Of a DNA stretch of 64,000 nucleotides, positions 56,671-64,000 are shown one piece after another. Each line of letters opens with the position of its first letter. The first letter of the stretch is position 1. Under the pieces are notes generated by a model. It saw nothing but the letters and a program-made list of their open reading frames with translations. It was not told where the DNA came from and did no database searches. Source of the DNA: a bacterium (GTDB taxonomy: Bacteria > Patescibacteriota > Patescibacteriia > HK-STAS-PATE-3). The stretch spans positions 26,662 through 90,661 of the forward strand of contig JAZDMR010000009.1 in NCBI GenBank assembly GCA_043800725.1, given 5' to 3'. The translations under genes were made by a program, and so were the position numbers.

Positions 56671-58539
56671 TTATTGTGTTTCTATTTTTACCTTTTCTAG
56701 GTCTGGCTGCAGTGACTCCCCCACCAAGGCTTTGATCCTGCGAATGCCGGAGCTGGATGACTCTTCCTTTTTAATCTTAAATGATCCAATCAAACTGGTG
56801 TGTGTGACATGAGGCCCACCACAAAATTCTTTACTAAAAGCCTTTTTAGCATCTTCTGAACCAATAAAATATAAGGATACTTTATCGCCGTATTTCTCTT
56901 CAAATAAACCCATGGCTCCCAGAGCATTCGCTTCATCTAAAGTCATCATCTTTTTGAATACCGGCAGGTCTTCCTGTATCTTTTGATTTACAATTTCTTC
57001 TACTTGCTTTATTTGCTTTTCGTTCATTTTCTGGTCATGATTAAAATCAAACCTTACTCGATCGGCAGTGATATTGCTGCCCTTTTGCAATACATGATCG
57101 CCTAAAACTTGCCTAAGGGCCGCCTGTAATAAATGGGTAGCCGTATGGCCTCTGATGGTATTGGGTTCATGGTCTGCTAAGCCTCCGTGGAACATTGCTT
57201 TGGGCTGCTGGGATCTCGAAACTTCCTGGTGCCGGTCAAATTCTTTTTTAAACTCTGCTTCGTCAAACTCATATCCCTCCTGCCTAATCCGTTCAGGCGA
57301 GAAGCCATAGGTAGTATATAATCGAAACGCTTCCTGGGCGGTAATACTCCTGGAGGAGGGTTTGCTTTCCTCAATCTTTTCCTTTTTTCCGCTCAACTGC
57401 TTTTTTACCTTATTATAAACAATGGTGATATCCGCTTTGAGCACTCTTTGATAAATATCAAGTTCCTTTGCAATTTCTCGAACAATACCTGGGGTGTTTT
57501 CCGATAATTCAGGGTAAGATTTCTGATAAACGTCTGCTATGGTTTTAACAATGGGTGCAAAATCAATATCCATACTTTCATATTGATCTATGGCCCGCCG
57601 GACTATTCTTCTCAAGACATAACCCTGCTGTTTATTGCTAAAATTCACTCCATCATTGATTAAAAAAACTGCGGCGCGCAAATGATCAGCCACGATTCTT
57701 AATCTTTTTATATTTTCTGAAGAGCTTTCAAGCTGACCATAGTTGTCATCCTTATTCAATATTTCAAGTATTGGTGAAAATAAATCCGTCTCAAAGATGT
57801 TGGTCCTTTTTTGAGCTGCCAAGGCGATTCTCTCAAGACCCATTCCGGTATCAATATTTTTTGTTTCCAGCAGCCTGAAGTGTCCTTGAGAGTTTTTTTC
57901 GTATTCGGTAAACACGAGATTCCAAACTTCAACAAAACGATTGCATTGGCAATTGGGCAGGCATTTAAAGCCAAGATCGCAGGGCTGATTGGTTATATCA
58001 AAATGCACTTCACTGGATGGTCCGCATGAGCCTGTCTTGCCGGGCGGTCCCCACCAATTATCCTCTCTGCCAAACCCTAAAATTCGTTTTTTGGGCAAAT
58101 ACTTTTCCCAAAGTCCGGCCGCTTCGATATCTTTTTTAATAAGTTTATCGCCCTCGTAATAAGTAGCCCATAATCGGTCTTTGTCCAGATGGTATGTCTT
58201 GGTAAGCAGCTCCCAGGCAAAATCAATTGTTTCTTTTTTGAAATAATCTGCTATAGCGAAATTACCCAGCATTTCAAAAAAGGTGTTATGAGTTTGATCG
58301 CCAACATAATCAATATCTGAGGTACGGAAGCTTTTCTGGACTGAGACTAACCGCGATGCGCCAAAATCTTTTTTTGGATCTTTTTTGCCTAAAAAATACG
58401 GTTTAAACTGCTGCATGCCGGCTGTAGTTAATAAAACCGACGGGTCATTGTCTGGAATCAGCGAAGAAGAAGGCACTTCTACGTGTCCTTGCTTTTTAAA
58501 ATATTTAATAAATTCCTGTTTAATCTTGTATGAATCCAT
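56671..58539 (-). CDS. alaS: Alanyl-tRNA synthetase, short form (catalytic plus editing domains, no C-Ala domain)
   Basis: 622 aa. Class II catalytic core (…FKPYFLG…FEMLGNFA…), editing-domain HxxxH (HTATHLL) and …CGGPHV. Confidence 0.85.
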   Translation of the reverse strand: MDSYKIKQEFIKYFKKQGHVEVPSSSLIPDNDPSVLLTTAGMQQFKPYFLGKKDPKKDFGASRLVSVQKSFRTSDIDYVGDQTHNTFFEMLGNFAIADYFKKETIDFAWELLTKTYHLDKDRLWATYYEGDKLIKKDIEAAGLWEKYLPKKRILGFGREDNWWGPPGKTGSCGPSSEVHFDITNQPCDLGFKCLPNCQCNRFVEVWNLVFTEYEKNSQGHFRLLETKNIDTGMGLERIALAAQKRTNIFETDLFSPILEILNKDDNYGQLESSSENIKRLRIVADHLRAAVFLINDGVNFSNKQQGYVLRRIVRRAIDQYESMDIDFAPIVKTIADVYQKSYPELSENTPGIVREIAKELDIYQRVLKADITIVYNKVKKQLSGKKEKIEESKPSSRSITAQEAFRLYTTYGFSPERIRQEGYEFDEAEFKKEFDRHQEVSRSQQPKAMFHGGLADHEPNTIRGHTATHLLQAALRQVLGDHVLQKGSNITADRVRFDFNHDQKMNEKQIKQVEEIVNQKIQEDLPVFKKMMTLDEANALGAMGLFEEKYGDKVSLYFIGSEDAKKAFSKEFCGGPHVTHTSLIGSFKIKKEESSSSGIRRIKALVGESLQPDLEKVKIETQ

Positions 58540-58593
58540 GCAATTTTTAGTTCAAGCTACTTTTTTATACACATTCAATGGCGAAATATCAAA

Positions 58594-59265
58594 TCAATGG
58601 TTTGTTTCTCGCTTTTTTGCTCGATGTATTGCCTTTGAAAGATACTTAAGGGTTTGCCTGGGATTCTTTGCATCCCTTAAAACCGAACCAACGATAATAT
58701 CATTTGCTCCTGCTTTGGCCGACAAGCCAATGGTATCTACACCTATACTGCCATCGACGCTGATGATGAGTCTAGGATATTTTTTATGAACCGCGCGGAT
58801 TACTTCGATCTGCTTTGGAAGAAACGCGCTTCCTTGCTTTCCAGGCTTGACCGTTAAAACGTGCACACCGATAATATATGGAACGAATTTCTGAAGTAAC
58901 CGTATAGGCGCTCCTGGTTTTAACGCCAACAGAATATCAAACTCCAGACTGGCTGTTTTTATAAACTCAGGCGTAATATCCGCATCCACATGGATGATTA
59001 AACGCTTGATTCCGGCAGCTAAACATCCTTTCAGCCACTTGTCAGGTTGTTTTACCATTAGGTGGGCTGTGGTGTGCTTTGGTAAACGCAATTTTTTCAA
59101 GCTGTCTGGTCCGTAAGATTTGGTTTTAACGTACTGCCCATCCATCAAATCCAAATGCAAATAAAAACTCAATGATTTAAGCCGGTTGATACGTTTTTGC
59201 GCCACGGTGGTATAGCGGGTCAATACCGCCGGGATAATTCTATGCTGCCTTGTTGCCATTTTCAA
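58594..59265 (-). CDS. rpe: Ribulose-phosphate 3-epimerase
   Basis: 223 aa. HLDLMDG and …VDGSIG… motifs of Rpe. Confidence 0.85.
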   Translation of the reverse strand: MKMATRQHRIIPAVLTRYTTVAQKRINRLKSLSFYLHLDLMDGQYVKTKSYGPDSLKKLRLPKHTTAHLMVKQPDKWLKGCLAAGIKRLIIHVDADITPEFIKTASLEFDILLALKPGAPIRLLQKFVPYIIGVHVLTVKPGKQGSAFLPKQIEVIRAVHKKYPRLIISVDGSIGVDTIGLSAKAGANDIIVGSVLRDAKNPRQTLKYLSKAIHRAKKRETNH

Positions 59266-59695
59266 GCTTCTTTATTTGCTTTAACCGCCTATTATCCCTG
59301 ACTTTGTTACGAAACTTTTGGTTCATCCAGGCTCTGATGATGCTCCAATTATTTTTTGAATTCTCATGCTCCCCTGCTAAACACAACACATTGGCATTCT
59401 CATCTCGTTTGCCTCGCTTGGCTGTCCAGACATCGGTAGCCCCGATCGCCCGGACTCCTTTAACCTTATTAGCCGCTATGACTACGCCGGTGTTTGATCG
59501 GCATATTAATATGCCTTTATGTTGAGCGTTTTTACTAACTGCTAAACCAACTTTTTTTGTAAATATCGGGTAATCATCATCAGGGGCATATTCTTGGGGA
59601 CCTAAATCAACAAAAGATATTTTCGCTTTGGTTAGCTTTTGCTTAATTTGTTTTTTGGCAGCAAACCCACCATGATCAGAACCAAGATATAACAT
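59240..59695 (-). CDS. rpiB: Ribose-5-phosphate isomerase B
   Basis: 151 aa. MLYLGSDHGGF start and …ILICRSNTGVVIAANKV…. Confidence 0.85.
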   Translation of the reverse strand: MLYLGSDHGGFAAKKQIKQKLTKAKISFVDLGPQEYAPDDDYPIFTKKVGLAVSKNAQHKGILICRSNTGVVIAANKVKGVRAIGATDVWTAKRGKRDENANVLCLAGEHENSKNNWSIIRAWMNQKFRNKVRDNRRLKQIKKLENGNKAA

Positions 59696-59741
59696 AGGTA
59701 AAGTATACCAGGATTAGCTTATCCGGTGAATGATGCGCCAA

Positions 59742-61058
59742 TTACTCCCCTAATATGCTTTGAGTTTTCTTCTTGTACTCTTCCACATTGGGCTGATCAA
59801 AAGGATTTACTGACATTAGCTCGCCCATCAGCATCGTCTCGATCATTTTCCACTGCATAAACTGCCCAATTGAATATTCGGATATTTCTGGCAGACTAAT
59901 CTGCATTATCGGAATGCCCTTTTTCTCATAAGCCTGAACTGCCCCTTGCAGTATGGCTTTCTGGATATCGGCCAAGGTTTTATTATGAATTCCTTTGGCT
60001 AATTTTGTAATGGGTAATTGAGCTATTTCAACGCTCTCTTTCGACGTAGCATACATAAAAGAGACCACCTTATCCAATGGCCCGCCTAAATGCAATTGTC
60101 CAATCGAATGCAAATCAGTCGAACCGACCGAGACAGTCGGGGTGATTCCCGCATTCACATCTTTACCTTTGAGATCTTTTTCTTTGCCTAGGCTTTCTGC
60201 TGTCAATTGCCGATACCATTTTCCCAATGACTCCAGCTGCGGACGAAATACAAACAGATCATTAATAGATTTGCCGTGATTTAAATGATGCCAGAGCACC
60301 GCAGCCGACTGGACCGCCGGATTATTCCGATCGATTGTTAAGCATTTCTCCAAAATATTATAAGCGCCTTTTTGAAAAGAGTTAATGTTAAATCCGGCTA
60401 AGCCCAAAGGAAACAGCCCCACGCTGGAAAGAACTGAATAGCGGCCCCCAACCTTTACGGGCACTTCCAGTATGCTCCATTCCTGCTTCTGCGCCAGCTT
60501 AATCAGTTCTGACCCGCGGTTGGAAATAACTGTTATGGGCAGTTTGCGATTAGGCCAGCGTTTTTGCATTTCGTAAAGCAATATCGAAGCATTGGCTATT
60601 GCTTCGGTGGTAGTGCCTGACTTACTGATTATGCAAACTGCTACTTCCTCAATTTCAACTATTTCAGATCTAATAATGTCTTTGAAGCGCTCCATTAAAT
60701 CTGACTCCACAGTGTCTAAAAATAATATATTGGGATCTTCCGGATCAAGCCATCGGGGCATGCCTCTTAGAGCATCGTAAATCGCCATCGTGCCCAAATT
60801 TGATCCGCCGATTCCCACGATGATTAAATATCTTAATCGCTCTTGAGCAATGCTATTAATCGCCCGGGATATTTGAGTTCGAAACTCAGAATCTCTGGGC
60901 AAATAAAGAGAGCTGGCATCGTCCTGGTAGTCTTTGTTTTTCGCAATTGACTGAAGCTCTTCCAGTCTTGGTTTGAGTTTTTTTAAAGTTTTTTCCAGTT
61001 CTATCTCCAGCAGCCGAGATTTTGAAATATCTAGAACTAGATTCGGTAGATTATCCAT
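59742..61058 (-). CDS. pgi: Glucose-6-phosphate isomerase (short bacterial/archaeal type)
   Basis: 438 aa. GIGGSNLG and the PGI signature VKVGGRYSVLSSVG. Confidence 0.8.
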   Translation of the reverse strand: MDNLPNLVLDISKSRLLEIELEKTLKKLKPRLEELQSIAKNKDYQDDASSLYLPRDSEFRTQISRAINSIAQERLRYLIIVGIGGSNLGTMAIYDALRGMPRWLDPEDPNILFLDTVESDLMERFKDIIRSEIVEIEEVAVCIISKSGTTTEAIANASILLYEMQKRWPNRKLPITVISNRGSELIKLAQKQEWSILEVPVKVGGRYSVLSSVGLFPLGLAGFNINSFQKGAYNILEKCLTIDRNNPAVQSAAVLWHHLNHGKSINDLFVFRPQLESLGKWYRQLTAESLGKEKDLKGKDVNAGITPTVSVGSTDLHSIGQLHLGGPLDKVVSFMYATSKESVEIAQLPITKLAKGIHNKTLADIQKAILQGAVQAYEKKGIPIMQISLPEISEYSIGQFMQWKMIETMLMGELMSVNPFDQPNVEEYKKKTQSILGE

Positions 61059-61068
61059 AATTTTATAT

Positions 61069-61914
61069 TTAATAATTTATTAAATCATTCCAGTCTTGGA
61101 CAAACTTTTTCAATCCCTGATCCGTCAACTCGTGTCTAATATCAAAAGACTGCCAGTCATCCCCAATATTAAAATTATCATAGGGAATGGCTGTTTTTTT
61201 ATCCTGGTCAGATTCTTTATCAACCGATGAATCCCGGTGCCAATCCAATAATACCTTCTTAGGCACTGTCATGATATCCACGCCCATATCCACTAATTTT
61301 TGAACATGATATGGATGGCGAATACTGGCGGCCAACACTTGCACATGACCATCGCTCTGCTGATACATTTTCATGATATTTTTAATCAAATCCAAACCGT
61401 TAATATTTAAATCATCCAACCGGCCGATAAACGGTGATAAAAACACGTCACCTGGCTTGGCCCCTCGGGTAGCGGAATAAACGGCTGCGGCTTGGGCTTG
61501 AGAAAAAACTAAAGTCATATTAATCCTGATACCTTCCGAAACAGCCTGCCTACCAGCTTTCAACCCCTCGGAAATAGTTGGCAATTTAATATGAGCATTT
61601 GGAATCCATTGATTCATTTCCCTGGCCTGGATGATCATTTTTTCTGCTGTGGTTTGCTCGTCCGCATAAGTCTCGATCGAGACTGAACCTTCTGGTATTT
61701 TTTTGGAAATATCCTGAACTATCCGTCTATATAAATCTAGCAACTCCTGATTCGTAAAGCGCTCGCCTGATTCTTTGCGAGCTGTCGCTTCGGTTGATTT
61801 GGCAATTAAGCTGGGATTGGTTGTCTGGCCGTCAAGCCGGCCCAGTACGGATAAAACTTCGTCCGTATCCTTTGGGTCACCGCTATCTAGAAATATTTTG
61901 GTCTGGCTGGTCAT
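61069..61914 (-). CDS. tal: Transaldolase
   Basis: 281 aa. IFLDSGD… and the TTNPSLI signature. Confidence 0.75.
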   Translation of the reverse strand: MTSQTKIFLDSGDPKDTDEVLSVLGRLDGQTTNPSLIAKSTEATARKESGERFTNQELLDLYRRIVQDISKKIPEGSVSIETYADEQTTAEKMIIQAREMNQWIPNAHIKLPTISEGLKAGRQAVSEGIRINMTLVFSQAQAAAVYSATRGAKPGDVFLSPFIGRLDDLNINGLDLIKNIMKMYQQSDGHVQVLAASIRHPYHVQKLVDMGVDIMTVPKKVLLDWHRDSSVDKESDQDKKTAIPYDNFNIGDDWQSFDIRHELTDQGLKKFVQDWNDLINY

Positions 61915-63755
61915 TTGATTCTTTCTACGGTTCGGATAATTGACTGAGCATCAATGCCCTGGTGCTTTAACAATTGTTCCGGCCGGCCGCTTTTAGGTGT
62001 TTTTTCAACTGATAAAGAGATTAACTCTTTACACATATTTCCCAGGGCCGTCTGCACTGCTTCGGCTAGACCGCCCACCCTGCGATGGTCTTCCACAACG
62101 ATAAACCTTCCACTAACTCTGGCGGCGCGTTGCAAGGTGCTTTTATCAATTGGTTTAATGCTATATAGATCAATGACTCTTACTGGAATTTTCTTCTTGG
62201 CAAGCAGATCGGCGGCTGTTAAAGCCTCAAATAAAGTTATTCCGGCCGCCACTATGGTCACCTTGTCTGATGTGCTGGATCGAACAACCTGACTGCCGCT
62301 GATTTTAAAATCAGTCTTACTGTTATAAATAACGGGGGTATCACCGCGAGTTGCTCGCAAATATGTTAAACCGGGATTTTTTAAAGATAATTCAAGTAAC
62401 TTCTCCATGGCAACTGCATCGGACGGATATAATACAGTGCTGTTTTGCAAAGTGCTGAACATGGCAATATCTTCCAGTCCCATTTGCGACGGCCCGTCTT
62501 CGCCGATGTGAACGCCAGCATGAGTGCCCACATAAATCTGACGAGTTTGGGCATACTGAGCCATGCGCAGATGATCAAAGGCCCGCGTGAAAAAAGCCGC
62601 AAAGGTCGAAGCAACCGGCAATTTACCTCGAGCCGCCAGCCCCCCGGCCATGCCGACCATGTTTTGCTCGGCAATATAGGCTTGAATAAATCTATCAGGA
62701 TATTTTTTGCCAAATGCTTCCGTATAAGTAGAATTTTTTACATCACCGTCCAAGACAGTCATTTCTGGATACTGAAGCGCTAGCCGTACCAAAGCATTGC
62801 CAAAGGCCTTTCTGGTGGATATTAACTCACTTTGAGAATACCTTGGGCTGGGCGCACGTTTGGTTTTTACAATCGTTTTTTTCTTTTTTATCGGTTGCGC
62901 TATCGAACCAACCAAGCTGCGATCAATATCCCCCAATTCAGCCATGGCTACCGACAGCTGTTGTTTGGATAAGGCTTTTCCGTGCCAGCCACCTTTGTTT
63001 TGTATCAGAGAAACGCCTTTGCCTTTAAGAGTGCTGGCCAAAATCATGGTTGGTTTTCGCTTTATCTGTTTGGCTTTTTGATAGGCTGCCAATATCTGAT
63101 TCATGTTGTGCCCATCTATGGATAGAACATTCCAACCAAAGCTTTTTATCCTTTGAAAATACTTTTTTATATCATGGCCTAATCTAGTATGCCCGCTTTG
63201 TCCAAAGCCATTAATATCCAAAATGCCCACCAAATTGTCTACCTTGTTGTTTGAGGTATAATCAATCGCTTCCCAAACAGAGCCCTCTGACATTTCTCCG
63301 TCGCCCAGTAAAACATAAGTAGTAAAGGGCAAATTATCCATGGTCGCCTGTAAAGCCATGCCTAAACCAGTAGATAATCCCTGGCCCAGCGAGCCAGTGG
63401 GAACTTCTGTATATGGAAAATCCGGCATAGGATGTCCCTGTAAACGGCTGCCAAATTTCCTCAAACTCATCAACTCTTTCCGACTGACTTTTCCGGCAAC
63501 CGAATAAAGCGAGTAAATCAACGGCGCGGCATGGCCTTTGGAAAATATCAGCCGATCGTTTGTTCGATTTTTAATATTATTTAAATCCGTTTTAAACACG
63601 CCGGAAAACATCAGACCAACCATTAAATCAACAGCTGATAAGCATGTGCTGGGATGGCCCGAGCCTGCCCTGGTAGTCGATTCGATAATATCCGCTCTTA
63701 CCAGTTTGGCAAGCTCATTTAGCCTATCAACGCTTTTTGTTGGCTTAATTTTCAT
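61911..63755 (-). CDS. tkt: Transketolase
   Basis: 614 aa. TPP-binding GSGHPST, GDGE…E, and a C-terminal domain. Confidence 0.9.
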   Translation of the reverse strand: MKIKPTKSVDRLNELAKLVRADIIESTTRAGSGHPSTCLSAVDLMVGLMFSGVFKTDLNNIKNRTNDRLIFSKGHAAPLIYSLYSVAGKVSRKELMSLRKFGSRLQGHPMPDFPYTEVPTGSLGQGLSTGLGMALQATMDNLPFTTYVLLGDGEMSEGSVWEAIDYTSNNKVDNLVGILDINGFGQSGHTRLGHDIKKYFQRIKSFGWNVLSIDGHNMNQILAAYQKAKQIKRKPTMILASTLKGKGVSLIQNKGGWHGKALSKQQLSVAMAELGDIDRSLVGSIAQPIKKKKTIVKTKRAPSPRYSQSELISTRKAFGNALVRLALQYPEMTVLDGDVKNSTYTEAFGKKYPDRFIQAYIAEQNMVGMAGGLAARGKLPVASTFAAFFTRAFDHLRMAQYAQTRQIYVGTHAGVHIGEDGPSQMGLEDIAMFSTLQNSTVLYPSDAVAMEKLLELSLKNPGLTYLRATRGDTPVIYNSKTDFKISGSQVVRSSTSDKVTIVAAGITLFEALTAADLLAKKKIPVRVIDLYSIKPIDKSTLQRAARVSGRFIVVEDHRRVGGLAEAVQTALGNMCKELISLSVEKTPKSGRPEQLLKHQGIDAQSIIRTVERIK

Positions 63756-63762
63756 AAACCTT

Positions 63763-64000
63763 TTATTCAGTAGTCTCTAGCTCATTCTCCGACTCCTCAT
63801 CACTGCTACTGCTTTTTAGCTGGCTAATACTTCCCGAGCCAGATATTGACTGATTAATATTCGGACTTCCTAGGTATTGGACATCACCGCTGCCGCTGAT
63901 ATCAACTGTTAGCTGGTCAGCAACATTAACGATTGCTTGACCAGAACCGTTTATGATCACTTCAGCCGATTGTCCGGCTAATTCCCCGGCGCGGTATTTA
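63763..64000 (-). CDS. C-terminal part of a DUF2807/GIN-domain-like repeat protein (gene continues beyond the window end)
   Basis: Frame is open to base 64000 (…KYRAGELAGQSAEVIINGSGQAIVNVADQLTVDISGSGDVQYLGSP…). Repeated SGSG-D/S units. Confidence 0.4.
   Translation of the reverse strand, partial: KYRAGELAGQSAEVIINGSGQAIVNVADQLTVDISGSGDVQYLGSPNINQSISGSGSISQLKSSSSDEESENELETTE

Overview
This 64-kb window is low-GC and gene-dense, with almost every gene on the minus strand, typical of a reduced bacterial genome (CPR/Patescibacteria-like). Most genes are housekeeping:
- a partial fmt, corA, ftsEX, a DD-carboxypeptidase and lepA;
- a cell-envelope polysaccharide locus (murJ, DUF4012 protein, GT4, Wzz-like, GT4, polyprenyl-phosphate sugar transferase);
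- a glycolytic block of pgk, eno and two tandem gpmI paralogs;
- alaS, rpe, rpiB, pgi, tal, tkt, recJ, rnhA and ssb;
- three tRNAs (Gln-UUG, Trp-CCA, Thr-CGU) and an RNase P RNA, read directly from the sequence.

The most unusual locus is at 48.45-50.3 kb. It is a GC-rich island holding a tandem array of four paralogous small ORFs of 65-126 aa. They are rich in Pro and Gly and share the N-terminal motif MS[ILF]P[AM]xP. Each has a strong AGGAGG-type ribosome-binding site, and two carry CPxCG zinc-knuckle repeats. Two copies of a conserved leader element of about 125 nt sit between them; its hairpin is preserved by a structure-neutral substitution. The array is flanked by a nucleotidyltransferase-fold protein and an atypical 617-aa GHMP-kinase-like protein with a C-terminal extension.

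Other notable items:
- a duplicated coiled-coil gene bracketing a Pif1-helicase, zinc-ribbon-RGG and acidic-protein module;
- several families of short intergenic repeats and hairpins;
- three imperfect repeats downstream of tRNA-Thr;
- a GC-rich M29 aminopeptidase next to tRNA-Trp;
- two Cys-rich C-terminal lipoproteins;
- an nnr pseudogene;
- an RlpA-like domain fused to the DD-carboxypeptidase.

All functional calls are motif-level inferences from the translated sequence; no database searches were run.
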